Part shown: in pieces, positions 1 to 56,745 of the stretch
Layout: every line of letters begins with the position of its first letter
Numbering within the stretch: position 1 is the first letter of the stretch
Source: Priapulus caudatus
Lineage: Eukaryota
Length of the DNA: 64,000 nucleotides
Direction: 5' to 3'
Assembly (NCBI RefSeq): GCF_000485595.1
Contig: NW_014577069.1
Span: 410,568-474,567, forward strand
Translations under genes and position numbers: made by a program
The notes under the pieces: model-generated
What the model saw: only the letters and a program-made list of their open reading frames with translations
The model's database searches: none
Told to the model about the DNA's origin: nothing

Positions 1-985
1 CATAGACATAGAAGGCATAGCTAGCTAGTGGTTGAGATACATAGACATAGGAGACATAGCTCGTGGTTGAGATACATAGACATAGAAGGCATAGCTAGCT
101 AGTGGTTGAGATACATAGACATAGGAGACATAGCTCGTGGTTGAGATACATAGACATAGAAGGCATAGCTAGTGGTTGAGATACATAGGAGACATCGGAG
201 ACATAGCTGGTGGTTAAGATACATAGACATAGAAGGCATAGCTAGTGGTTGAGATACATAGACATAGGAGACATAGCTCGTGGTTGAGATACATAGACAT
301 AGAAGGCATAGCTTGTGGTTGAGATACATAGACATAGAAGGCATAGCTAGTGGTTGAGATACATAGACATAGGAGACATAGCTGGTGGTTGAGATACATA
401 GACATAGAAGGCATAGCTAGTGGTTGAGATACATAGACATAGGAGACATAGCTCGTGGTTGAGATACATAGACATAGGAGACATAGCTGGTGGTTGAGAT
501 ACATAGACATAGGAGACATAGCTCGTGGTTGAGATACATAGACATAGAAGACATAGCTTGTGGTTGTGATATATAGACATAGGAGACATAGCTTGTGGTT
601 GTGATATATAGACCTAGAAGGCATAGCTTGTGGATGAGATACATAGACATAGAAGACATAGCTAGTGGTTGAGATACATAGACATAGAAGGCATAGCTTG
701 TGGTTGAGATACATAGACATAGGAGACATAGCTTGTGGTTGTGATATATAGACCTAGAAGGCATAGCTTGTGGATGAGATACATAGACATAGAAGACATA
801 GCTTGTGGTTGAGATACATAGACATAGAAGGCATAGCTTGTGGTTGAGATACATAGACATAGACGGCATAGCTTGTGGTTGAGATACATAGACATAGACG
901 GCATAGCTTGTGGTTAAGATACATAGACATAGAAGACATAGCTCGTGGTTGAGATACATAGACATAGGAGACATAGCTCGTGGTG
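1..985. repeat. 35-bp tandem minisatellite (consensus GTTGAGATACATAGACATAG[AAGG/GAGA]CATAGCTNGTG)
   Basis: Unit starts at 31 and 66 (35-bp period); about 28 copies; explains the repetitive MSPMSMYLNH ORFs cycling through three frames. Confidence 0.97.
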
Positions 986-1566
986 GTAATAAATTCAGTT
1001 ACATACAGAGCCATTACCACTAGAGGTCATGACAAGTACTAACGCTCATTGGATATAATATATAGTATCTCGTATATCGTATAGCGTAGCTCGTTACGCT
1101 TAGAGATTATTACGTATATCCGCAAGTAAGCAGTTATCACTGAACTAGGAAGTGTAACATAGATGTATGTAGATATCGTATATAGTGCAAGAATATGCGT
1201 GCCGATTCTAAACTCGTTTGACCCTCTGTTCAGCGAAGTGTTCATGTCAGTTAATTTAATCACGGATGCATAGGTAGTTTACACCTTGCGTGCGTACGCT
1301 GACCCTGCCTGTCTCTCTGTGCGTTTACCTGTCTATCTCCCCTCACCCCTCTTTCTCATTTATCGCGTTAATTCAATGGAATTTATGTGCATGCAATATA
1401 ATCATAATCATGCCATATATAACATTCATAAATCTATTTTAGTTTTCTAGATTTCTGAACATTGGCTTAGTTTCTGGAAATATCTGATGGCTATTGTCAG
1501 GGCAGTGAGATACAACATTCTTTGTTCTCCAATTGTCTATTCACTGTCACGTTTGTTATATTACAG

Positions 1567-44545
<42,979 letters not shown>

Positions 44546-46812
44546 CTGACAATGGTGCTGTGGAACTATGCCTAGCTTTTGTTATGTAACATCGGGTGTA
44601 AGCGGCTCTGCAGTCACTGGGACCAGCTGTTTTTTTAACAGCAATGATTAGGACCCCATTGTCCAATCGTGCATTGGCGAAAGCTGTCCGATGTACATAC
44701 AATGTAATATACATTTGTACATGAGTATCATGTATGTAGGTTTTGTTAGCGCATTGCCTGTTAGTTTTATTTTAGCTTGTCGTGCAAGAAACCAAAATCA
44801 ATGCATATTGGTAAATCGTTGCATAGAAAATCATGATCATTCTATTACTTACATGCAGTATACTGTAAGAATATATTGCTTTTTAAATTGTTAATTAGGT
44901 ATTTAAGGATATTATGAATTGTTGAGTTTCCAAGGCTAATATGGACTTTTCAGGCAATCCACAAAATTTTGTGTAATAAGTTTTTACTTTTTAAGTGTGT
45001 GAATAAGCTTTTTAAGGTTGTTTACTTTCGTTTTAATTTTCATGATCATGTCCAGGTAGCCTTGAATCTCACACTGTTGTAACTTATGTGTACGTGTAAA
45101 CTAGATGCTGTTTTCATATATGAAAACAGACCAAAATCTTGCACATACCCATGTTGTTTGTGTACTGTTCTGAACTTTTGTAACAGTGGATTATGTTGTG
45201 CAGATAGGATGCACAGTGTCCTGCTTAAGGCAAATCGAAAGCGCTCTTGCAGCCCTCATTGTATAAAGATATATAAAATGTTTACTCTGGCTGTAACTAA
45301 TTCAGAAACTGTGGTAGGATTCAAATATGCGAACTTGTACAAACCTGCTGATTACCCTTTCTAAATTTAGTATAGTTAGTTTATTGCATAAATATCAACT
45401 CGTCCTGAGAAACGTCTGATGAAGCATTTTGGTCAAACCATTACTCGCTTTGGAGTAGATATAATCAAAGTAGAATAAGATATATTTTTGATGCAGTCCG
45501 TGGATGCCATATATCACACGGGAAAAACGCCAGTGGTATTATGTACAGATTCCAACTCTGCCCTACTTACACCCACATGGGTTTGTAAAATGCTTACTAT
45601 ATGCATACATGTTTGGCAGAGCGAGTCGGTCATTGCCTATAGTAACAACGGGAAGAGAGAATTACGTGTGATACAACGTAACAGGGTTTCATGGAGTTTG
45701 GTACAATATTCGCAGAATCTCATGCTTTGACATGCGAAATAATGGCATCGTTTTGGGTGCGCGATGTGGACAGCTTGACATTCATGACAACACAGAGGTG
45801 GGACACATGGAAGTACAGATCTGTGATATTGCAATTACTAATTACTGATGCAAGAATACATCCTATTTAATTACATACGCACACATAATACACACAAACA
45901 CTATTACCTGCACACTTTTGCACACCCACACGTGCTTGCCGTCATGAATTTAGTGTTGCAAGTATTACAGAATTAAGTACTAGTTGCCATGTCATAACAG
46001 AAAATGTGAAAAAGGGCATTGGTCATTATTGTAAGAACTTCTGTAAAATTCTAGGCAATACAAAATGTAAATTTTAATTGCATGCGAGGTAATTGCAAAC
46101 CCTAAACATGTTTCCCAATCACTGGAAAGGTTGCCTTTTCCTAAATAGTACTTTTGATAATTGATTGCATTTGAGCGCAGTTCTAGAATTTGCAGGAAAC
46201 CTGTAACACAGGCCGTACAATGCCTATGCAACACACTTGAGGAATTCTGCAGTGTGTGCTTATCGTTTGTAAAACGTCTGTTGTAAAAAGTAATTGCTTG
46301 ATGAATTGGATTTGAACCATCTATGTTTAGACACCACTGTAGACCTAATTTCGCAAGCCATTTGTGAGCATTGTGTAATCAAAACTCATGTCTCAGGCAC
46401 TCTGCAGAATGTGAATAGTCTTTATTTATTCTCGAAAATAACATGTTTGTACATAACTGAAAGTCATGCATTCCTATCATGGCTGTATTACATTATCAAT
46501 AGTAAACTCACGATATAATTAACATACTGTTGTTGTTGTTTTGGCTTGAAATGCTGTTGATAATTGTTTGTCATACTTTTATAACGAAACAAACTACGTG
46601 ACACCGTTATTTTTTTGATTGCTGACAAAAATGTAACATGATATTAAGTAGCATCTGGTATTGTTCAAATTTAGTACAAGCTAGCTTAAAATGTTCACAC
46701 TAACATGTTATGAGTAAATATGAAAGAATAATGACTAGATTAAATTTTGCCAATAAGTGCCCCTTGCAACAGCATTACACACAGTACCTATACAATTGCT
46801 AACTCATAGATG

Positions 46813-49800
46813 TCAACTTCTCGAAATGGATTCAATGAATGTACGGTAGGTTGGCTTATGCTGACCTGTTGCAGGTATAAAGTGTCCACCAGGGTGTTCA
46901 ATGGTCTTTGGATCTAAAAAGTACTTCTGAAGATCTATGCTCATTTCTGAAAAATGATGGCATAGTATTTGAACTCATACTGTGAAATGCAATCAATAAT
47001 ATGGCATGCAATCAATGACATGAAATCAATGCAATAAATGCAATCAATGAATGGCCAAACACAAATAGAACATTCAAATGGAAATACGAGAAAGATCATT
47101 TGCTATCCAAAGATAATCAGCTTTGCAAACCTTTTGGTATCACCTGATCCGTATCTCCAAACACATGCAGTGACGGGACTGATATAGGCTTGGTATAAAA
47201 CGTATCATGACACCCAGATCTGCTCTTGTAGCCAGCCACAAGCACTGCAAACTTAAACTGAATATCTGGGTCTGAAACAATGTCATTACAAAACATCAAT
47301 CACGGATTCCTTCATTTTGGTAGATATCAATCACTATGAGTATAATCTGACATTTATAACCATGGAGAACCTGGCAGAGAAGGCCATCCTGTACCAGGGG
47401 TGGGAAATAAAGTCACATTTACTTTGTGAAATTAGATTGTTAAATCGAAGAAATGAAGAAAATGAAACGTACTGATTAAACAAATTTATTCAAAACGTAC
47501 ATGTATATATTGACATGCACAACAATATTACCTGGTAGTATTGAGTCAATCAGTCAGTTAGAAGATGGAATAGGAAATGTCCGGTTGCAACCAGTGCACA
47601 CCATGAGGAAAAGGTTTGCTACATTTTATTATTACAGCCAAAATATGGCAAACTAAAATTTGCTAGACTTTCATGGCCGATTCACCACTTGTTTCACACC
47701 CCTGTCATAGACTATAGCTTTACCATATAACTTGCTGTTTAATGAATGTTCAGTCAGGTGAAGCACTATGAACCTGTGCATAATAAATATCATACATGAC
47801 TAGTTTATAACAACACACCTCCTTGCTCTCTCATTCCACAGAGAATAGACACCATGGATGCTCCTTGACTGAAACCTAGCACTCCATCAAAAGGGCCCTG
47901 AATAAGAGATAAGGTTACAAAGATTTATAAGGCACAGAGACTGCCATGTCATTCTACGGCAAAAACTTCTTCATAATACAGGTTATGAGTTACACAATGT
48001 GAAGTAGTTAATTAATAGTACAACTATCAATAGGTTCATTACATGTTCTCTAAAAGCTGCACGTATCACATCCACAGAAGTAATAAAACCATCATCTATA
48101 TCTGTAAAATCTTGGGCGCGGTAGGATTTTTCCCGAGTACTAAACCACCAGCCTCTGTTGCTGTCATTTTCTGTAATAATAACACATGGGAACCAGTGTC
48201 AAAACTATTCTAGTTAGGAAAAATCAGGACTATAATAACATTTTAACTTAGTACATTACAATAATAGCCTTGATCACTTTTAAAGTTTCAACTGAATTAC
48301 ATTGTCCATGTGTTGGACCTGGTATCATTAGCTCACTGGCAATGTTATTGGTAAATAAACAGCTGTAAAATATGTCAAATATTACCGGCAGTGGCAGATT
48401 CTGCATTCTCGCAATTTGGTAATATTTCGGTCACATCATTGGGAGCAGTAATAAACACTGAAACAAAGATGAGGGATAAAAACCAATGAAGTATGCACAC
48501 ATTGCACACATACTTAAAAATTTCTTACAAGTACAAAATGTAAACTTATTTAGTCTATTATTTAAAAAATACACAGCAATTATTATTATATTCTTACCAA
48601 ACTCAGCTTGGCTTTTCATGATTTTTCTAAAAGCCCCCATCTTCTCCCTGAAAATCTTAGCATTCTGCCTATAATGCGCAAGACAGAGGTTTTATTAGAA
48701 TTTTTCCACACAGGCCTTTCATACATGTTGGGTCCAGCATGCTTTGCTAACTGACAACATCCAATAAATCCTACGACATGTGTTTACTTTTGGAAGTCCT
48801 AACACAGTCATCCTGTGTTAATACAGCCTGAGTTAATACACCTGTGTATTGGGCCACTCGTAACATGTGCAATTGACTCCAATTGGTACAATGCCCTTCC
48901 AGGCCCTCCCCCATCCATCCATAAATGACATGCCTTCTGAAATTCCAGGAGAGAACCCTGCATATATTTAAGAAATAATGCTAATGGTGACTTTACATTT
49001 AGAGAAAAATATTGAGCATGTACACTAATATAATCTAATAATGTTACTATTCAGCAATTTACTTTAGATTAGATCGAGGAGGTAATAGTAATATAAAGAT
49101 AAATTAAGTGACAAACCTGTATCCATGAATACAAAGTACCTGAAAAAAATTCAAATGTGGAATAAACGGATAAAACACAGACTAATACTGAAGATTCTTT
49201 CAGGTGCACACAAATGATATGAACAAATTCTGACTTTATTATCAGGCACTGGCACATGTACATACATCTGAAATTACATGTGCCGTAACAAATACAAGCA
49301 AAACCCCAACATTGTGGAATAAAAAAAAATGCTGGAAATAGTTCACACAACATTTTGGAATGAAAATGTGCAATTTTGTAATTACTGAAATAATGGGTAT
49401 ACATTAGAGAACCACTCTCACCGAGGAGACAAAACATTCCGATAAGGCCAACCCTCAGTGCCAGCAAAGCACTATAGCTCTACTTTTGTACATACTGAGT
49501 GATACTGACACGTACTGCACTGGCACCGGTAAACATCAGGTTTAGCGTCGTAAATTAACTTGCAAATGCCACCGCCAGATGGCGCTACGCGGTCTATCGG
49601 CGTTTCGGGCGTATCAGTGGAAGTTCTCCACCAGCTTCTCCCCCTCCTCCTTCTCCACCAGCTTCTCCTTTCTCCCCTAATTCCTCCTTCTCCACCACCT
49701 TCTCCCTTCTCCCCTTCCTCCTCCACCAGCTTCTCCCTTCTCCCCTTCCTCATTCTCCACCAGCTTCTCCCTTCTCCCCTTCCTCATTCTTCACTAGCTT

Positions 49801-50749
49801 CGATCTCCCTACTCCACCTATACTACTAGTACTACTCTAAACCTCCTCCTCCTCCCTTCCCCCTCCCCACACTGCTCCTTCGCTACCCTGTACCAAAACT
49901 ACGAGAGTGCTGACGATGTTCCACTGATACCGCTGAGAGTTATAATTTACGACGCGAAACCTGATGTTTACCCACGGTGTCCGTGAGTGTGACTATCATT
50001 CGAGTACTACTACTACTAGTACTGCTGATAGGGTCTATGTCCCCCGGGGTACTGCCGGAACGTTCCCTGGGTACGGTCCGGTATACCGAAACGTACCCTG
50101 GTACCGGTACTATATTATATGCCGGACCGTACCTAGCCTACTCCACTAACGAGTCTATAGGGACTCGCCTACGCATACTCCCTAACCCTAACCCGAACCC
50201 TAAACCTAATCCTAACCCTAATCCTAACCCTAACCATATCAAATAGTGACCAGGGTACGTTCTGGTATACCGGACCGTAACCAGGGTACGTTCCGGCAGT
50301 ACCCTGGCCTGGGGGACATCTACTTGACCCTATGAGCACTAGTACTACTACCTCGTGTTTACTTCTACTTTTACTTCTATACTGGACAGTCCGTAAGGAA
50401 TAAACGTCCAGGGCTATAGCTAGCCATGGGGTGTGACCTATGGGGGCCATGGGGTAGCTTGGGTACAGCAAGGTAGTTAGCATTTTTTTTGCCGAATTAT
50501 TTTTGTTTGTTATGTTCTCATACTTGTCGGTGTCCACTACGCTGGATATAATGTTTATTTACTATATTATAATTACTATTAGTTTAACGTAGAAACCGCT
50601 CAAGTGCATGTGACTAAGTAAGTGTTGTGCCACATCATGCATATAGGTTCCTGACAATCTATGTCAGTTATATGTCACGAATATACATATATACTCATAG
50701 AATGATGAACATATCACACCTTGTACTTTGAGTTTGAGGGCGCTGACAT
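46813..50749 (-). CDS. OVCA2: Esterase OVCA2 / FSH1-family serine hydrolase, complete, 225 aa
   Basis: Phase-compatible exons 50720-50749 (MSAPSNSKYK), 49117-49139 (VLCIHGYR), 48598-48668 (QNAKIFREKMGAFRK), 48386-48457, 48043-48170 (RGWWF), 47819-47897 (GPFDGVLGFSQGA), 47131-47271 (SLHVFGDTDQVIP), 46813-46946 (HPGGHFIP, stop); total 678 nt; Ser-Asp-His triad motifs intact. Confidence 0.93.
47395..47704. mobile_element. Degenerate ~310-bp MITE with CAGGGGTG...CACCCCTG ends (hAT- or P-like) in an OVCA2 intron
   Basis: CAGGGGTGGGAAATAA versus reverse complement CAGGGGTGTGAAACAA; flanks match only 5/8. Confidence 0.45.
49572..49587 (+). promoter_or_regulatory. CTCF-like motif CCGCCAGATGGCGCTA in OVCA2 intron 1
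   Basis: Strong match to the CTCF core consensus; sequence only. Confidence 0.5.
50030..50331. mobile_element. MITE with ~75-bp TIRs (AGGGTCTATGTCCCCC...) and internal (CCTAAC)n
   Basis: Arms are reverse complements; second family member in opposite orientation at 62331-62979. Confidence 0.8.
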
Positions 50750-50871
50750 ATTTGTCGTCCTCTTGTTTTGAGGAAAGTGCACGTGACTAAAGATGGCAGC
50801 GCCCATGACAATTTGAAATTGTATGCTAGTCACTACTAGTAGTACTAGTAGTAGTAGTAGTAGTAGTACTA
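50750..50871. promoter_or_regulatory. Candidate OVCA2 / bidirectional promoter with E-box CACGTGAC (50780-50787) and YY1-like AAGATGGC (50790-50797)
   Basis: Lies 30-50 bp from the OVCA2 ATG, between divergent genes; motif match only. Confidence 0.45.
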
Positions 50872-51430
50872 NNNNNNNNNNNNNNNNNNNNNNNNNAACA
50901 TCATAAACAACTTGCATTTTTTTGCAGCCCTAGAATAATTATGAGAATATAATTAACATTGTATGACAAAACAATGTGTATAATTAACAGAATGTATAAT
51001 CCTCAAATCTTGTAGCAATGGTCGAATTTGACATGTTTCTTAAGTGATATTTTCTGTTTTACTGTCAGTTTCCCAGATCAGTTTGGCATCAGCAGGAGAC
51101 TATGTGATTTACTGTAAATTCTGCTATATGTTACATCAAATAAAAAAAATCAAATGGGATACTGCTCTCAGTGTTTCAAACGTAATGTTCTGTAGTAATT
51201 TTATGTATAACATGATAATTTATGTCATTCAGATGGTTTTTGTTGTTGTCATGACTCATTGGCTAATATTTCATGAATTTTGTGTATAATACAGAAATAC
51301 ACATCATGGCCATTTTCATCATGTGTTCTCTAAGAACCTCTTCTGTCTGCTAAGAACTGCCTCATGCTAAGTCTTTTACTGTTGCAGAATGTGCCTAAAA
51401 GAGTGAGAGATTTTACCATCCTATGTCGAG

Positions 51431-54400
51431 ATGGGTGCTCTACGGTATAGATCCTTTTGCGTCGGTGCTATTTTGACTTCTGTGATGTGGATGGTGATAC
51501 TGTACCTGTACACAGATATCGCCAATGACTTGAAAAGGAATCTCAACTTCCTGCCAAATGAGGGCTTCATTACAATCCGGCCAAAATTGTTGCCAAGATA
51601 TGACAGGGATTTCAAGCATTTTCACAAAGATGACTCCGAGAATGAATTGTTACCTGCTGGGATTGACAAGCACCTCGGGGTAGCTGGCCGAGTAGCCGAC
51701 CTTTCTGGCAGCCGCGTCGCTGAAAAGGAAACTGGCAACGTGGATCAAGTTAAAACAGTTTACCGCAACAAAACGCTGGTGAATCAGGACACATACTCTG
51801 AGAGTGAGAGTGATATAGGATTGATCCGATCGCAGGAAGATCAGGAGAAAAGAGAAATGGGATTCAAGCTGTTTGCCTTCAACGATCTCGTTAGCCAAAG
51901 GATCGGTAACATCAGAGAGATACCGGACACACGGCAGACACTGTAAGTCATGCCGTCGTCAAAGCTAAATATGTGCATATATTGATTAGTAAGTGTGATG
52001 CGTAATTCTTATTTTTCTTCAATATTACATGCGATTTACATGTTCTAGTTAGTATTTGCTTGTTTTGAAACGTTTGGTTTGTTATAACACCAAGGCATTG
52101 TTTTAAGGCACATGCAGGTGTTAGGTAGCGACTAGTTTAATGTGACTGCTATGTCAACTGTGTAAATCGGGAAGAAAGATGGAAAGGAATATTGCAAATT
52201 GAAGCCCGAGAAACAGTTTGGGTTGCAGCTATAATTCTTAGATGTGGGAAATGCAGTAGGAATGAAACCATGGTAACAGTAATAACAACACTTTTTGAAA
52301 ACTACTTGGGAGCAAGGTCTCTTACAAGTACACAGTGCAATTCATTTGTATTGACACTAACAGGTGGGTAAAACCACGACACGTCTTCCAACTTAAACAC
52401 GCGAATGTTCACCAAGTATTATCTTTTATTGATGAGTACAGCTGCAGGCAGAAGACATACACGAAGGCTCTTCCGGCAGCTAGTGTGATCGTCTGCTTCT
52501 ACAACGAGGCGATGTCTACGCTGCTGCGGACAGTACACACGGTGCTGCGGCGCACTCCGGCACACCTGCTACGCGAGGTGATCCTTGTTGATGACAACAG
52601 CGATCTGGGTGCGTCTGCTGCGATCAACCGATCTGCATTCGCGTCAGAGAAAGACGTGCAATCCAGTGTAGACGTGATGTGACACAAGAAGCAAAAAATG
52701 TGTTTGGAGCTGCTAGGATAAGCATGATGCAGATCAATTATTATTATTATTAAGCTCTCAACAATCAAGTATATAATTGCTAGCAGGCTCTCACATGCAG
52801 AGCCTACTTGTAAAGCGTCTGAAAAAAAACCCAGTAACATTGGGATTTATGAACGTAAACAGGACTGAAGCGTTTGTTTCTCTGTCATGGTGACTATGTG
52901 GTTGCTACAGTAAAGCTATATTGTGTGTGGTATCGAAGTAAAACTACTGATTTAAATGAACTGCGATACTGCTATATATAGTAGTGAGTCCTTTTTTTTT
53001 TTCTTGTAGAACATCTGAAAGCAGATCTGGAGCAACATATATCACGTCTCCCTAAAGTGAACTTAATGAGGACAGGAAAGCGAGAGGGACTGATTAGGGC
53101 CAGGATATTTGGTGCAGATCATGCATTGGGAGAGGTGTGCTGGCCTTTTTTATGCCTCTTCTGCGAAAGCACAGTTGTGTAAAAGTGAAGCATATTTTAT
53201 TATGCTTTATTGCATTCATCTTCCAGGTTTTTTTATTGTTTTTTAAAAGAACACACCAAGCTGCAGTGATCCCACATAATCATCATCATTGCTATTGTGA
53301 GACCTATACTAGATGTTATCTAGGTGTACCAGCCTCAGCAACATTTCTCAGATTGTAGTATTTTTTATATTATCTATTAGTATTATCATTCTACTATGAT
53401 ATTTTAGACCAGTAAAAAACCAGTATGAGATTGTGACCAGTACCTCAAGGCTTTTTTTTATCTCCTAACCTTCCTTGCACATTCATTACATTTAACAGGT
53501 GTGGCCGTAGATTTACAACCCTGGTCGTTAAATTGAGGGATGTAATTTCTCAAAAGCTCGCATCACATATTTATAATTTTCAATGTACGATTCAAACATT
53601 TTTGTATTGTGTAACATTAGGAATAATGATAATGTTAGAACTTCTAATAGAAGTTTCTCAATACGTGTGTAACATACATAGTGCACACCGATACTGTTAT
53701 TTCAGGTGCTTGTATTTCTGGACAGTCATGTAGAGGTGAACAAGGACTGGCTCCAGCCACTGCTCGACCCAATCGCTGCCAACAGTTCTGTTGTCACTAT
53801 ACCCATAATAGACATAATAGATATGGATACGTTTAAGTATATGTCATCACCGCTGGTACGTGGCGGCTTCAACTGGGGCATGAACTTTGCATGGAATCAG
53901 ATCCCACTGTCGTACTTCAAACGAGAGGAAGATAAGTCCAATCCAATTAGGTGTGTGAATTGATGTGTTTGTTGCTTTATTAAGTTTATGGTTAGTTGGT
54001 AATTACCATCTTAATTCACAGTGTACTTTTTACCATCTAAGATTTTTCGTTGTCTATTTGGGATATTGGTTTGTTCTAGTTTTGTATCATTGTATCATTA
54101 CGTATCATTACACTGGTATTTGCATAATTTATCCCATTTGATATAACATTAATTTCAGATCCCCAACAATGGCAGGAGGGTTGTTTGCAATCAACAAACA
54201 GTACTTTTTTGACATGGGCAAGTATGATCCAGGCATGGACATCTGGGGAGGCGAAAATCTTGAACTGTCATTTAGGGTTAGTGTGTGCATGTATACTGAT
54301 TCCTAAATAATTTAATTTAAACATTTACCAACATTAAAAATGCTCGAATAATTGTAATACGTTAGCAGTATTCAAAATAATGTTTCCAATGTGTAATTAT

Positions 54401-56745
54401 GATGGTTTTTATTGTGTGTACTTAAATCTGATTTGTTTTTGGAGATCCATGAATTTGCTTAAATTGCCAAATGGTTTGTGAAGTATTCATGTTAAACGAC
54501 ATTTCTACTGTCGACATGTAAATGCTACCTTCATATGAATGAGTTTAGTGTTACCACCCCTACCCAGATCACACCAGGTAGCAATTAGCTTCGTATTTGG
54601 CACATACTACCTCCTCAGTGAATGCTAGTAAGCTCACGTAACACTATTGTTCTGCAGGTATGGCAGTGTGGAGGCTCCTTGTACATCATCCCTTGCTCTA
54701 GAGTGGGCCATGTCTTCCGCAAGCGCCGACCGTACGGATCACCAGATGGCCGCGACACAGCCGGCTTCAATGCTCTGCGTGTCGCACATGTCTGGATGGA
54801 TGATTACAAGGTGTGTCACTGACTATATCCGAATAGTTTCACGCTATACTGTGACGTTGGTTCTATGTTTAACATTTTGGAGGGAACATATACGGGAAGG
54901 AAGCTCATCCTCGGGTAGTGAAAACCTTAGATAGTTTTTCCAACAACTAGTTTTCTGTAGTGCACTTTTAGCCACATTGTGGTTATTCCAGCTCTGTCAT
55001 GGCTAGTGTTCAGTCTGAGTTCATGTGGCGTTTTTTTACATGCTAGTTGAGTGTTTTGTTCAAGGTTCTACCTAAAGTCTTTTACTTGAGATTTATTGTA
55101 TGTATTTATATTATATTTATTGCAGGAGTACTACTTTAAAATTCGTCCAGACCAAAAGAATGCTAGTTATGGTGACATCTCTGAGCGCTTAGCATTGAGA
55201 AAGCAACTCGACTGTAAATCCTTCAAGTGGTATCTGGAAAACATATACCCTGAACTGTCACTGCCTAGCACTCAAGCCCGCAATGCTAACCACGTGAACT
55301 CTAGGCAGGAATATGCTTGGCGTAAGCCAATCAAGAAGATAGGACAGACACAGGTTGGTGTAATTCATTTTGAAAGTATATAGCCTAAGCTGCCTTATAT
55401 AATTAAGTCACCATTTTCTGTGGTGTGTATTATAATATAATATAATATGAGTATATATATATATATATGGATATGATCTCAATACTAACATGAAGCATCC
55501 CTATAATGAACCTGTGCTAAAATATGACTTTGGCCTTGAACACACATGGAATATATAAGGTATTATATCATGTTATATCATGAGTGAATAAAACAGTTTC
55601 TTTTTATTCACTCCTGGTAATACCAATTCCCGTGAAGAAACACCCTGTAACACACTTTATGGATAAGCTGGTGAAAAACAGACAGTAAGGAAATAATAAA
55701 CAATATAATATGAACTTTCTATTGATGTTAATTCAATCGCCAGTACTGTGAATAATATTAAGTGGAACGTTCATATTTGCAATGCATTTTGCATTAGATC
55801 ATGCACAAGGCAAGTGGGAAGTGCATCCACGCAAAGGAGGGCATGTACAAGAAGTCATCTTCCTTGGTGTTAGGTGCTTGTGACTCCAACGATCAGAAAA
55901 ATGCAAGTGTACACAATCATGTTACAGTCATAACAATATACATTAACTGAATATGGCCTTAAATTCGAAAACTAGAAACTAGATGGGGTGCTGATTTGTG
56001 ACAAAGTGAGTGTGCGCACATGTGTGAGAGAGAGCGAGTGAGAGAATGTGGGATTAGAGATGAGAGTGAGTGAGCAAAAAAACAAAAAAAACAGAGTGCA
56101 AACAAATAGAACATACTAGCCCATGTAATTTGGCTGCAAATGTTTTACTGCACGTTTGTAGCTGTGGACAGTTACGGTTCAGCACGAGCTGTTGCTGGGA
56201 GGCCTGTTGTGTATGGACGCAGACAAATATCCACGTATAATGAAGTGCACCACTCTTGGCGGGACCCAACAATGGCAGCCAGCTGGCAAGGTATGCGCTC
56301 CTCATGCCACCTGGTGGCTGCCCATAATTAACCACAACCATTGCAAAATTCCAAGTGTCAATCTTGATATCAGTGTTGTTGTTTGCTCTACTCTAAGCAG
56401 ATAGTAACAGATTTAAAGGTAGGTGTTCAGCGCGAGAAAGTCAATAGTTTTTGTTTACCAGTTTGTGCTCGAATTGAACATTTACGATGGCTATCGCGTT
56501 CGTTATCGACAGAAACGCCTTAGCACGCCGTGAATTTCTCCGTGATTTTCTTGTGATTATCACGACGAAATGCTATTTCCTTTTGCTTGTCACCACAGTT
56601 CGGAGATAGACTGTACAACCCAGCAACGGGTAAGTGCCTAGCAGCAGGAGGTTCCTCGTTGAAGAGTTCTGTCATCATGGGAATCTGCAGTGACGACAAT
56701 CCCAGCCAGAAGTGGTTGCTCACTGTGAAGCTGCCACCGACATAG
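51431..56745 (+). CDS. GALNT11: Polypeptide N-acetylgalactosaminyltransferase 11-like, complete, about 642 aa
   Basis: Exons 51431-51942 (type [25 protein letters not shown]), 52442-52608 ([19 protein letters not shown]), 53010-53134 ([12 protein letters not shown]), 53706-53950 ([21 protein letters not shown]), 54159-54276 ([22 protein letters not shown]), 54658-54810 ([18 protein letters not shown]), 55126-55353, 55798-55902, 56162-56290, 56599-56745 (ricin-B lectin, stop). The N-terminus, [11 protein letters not shown] and KRRPYGSP motifs point to the GALNT11/pgant35A clade. Confidence 0.93.
55579..55616. mobile_element. 38-bp P-like palindrome in a GALNT11 intron
   Basis: CATGAGTGAATAAAA...TTTTATTCACTCCTG; flanks GTTATAT/GTAATAC (5/7). 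Confidence 0.6.

Noticed and set aside
1..985. 35-bp repeats as a CRISPR array or a repetitive protein
   Set aside because: Units are head-to-tail with no unique spacers, there are no cas genes, the context is eukaryotic and intronic, and the period is not a multiple of 3.
50180..50234. Interstitial telomere
   Set aside because: Short imperfect (CCTAAC)n inside a TIR element, repeated in its sister copy at 62822-62838.
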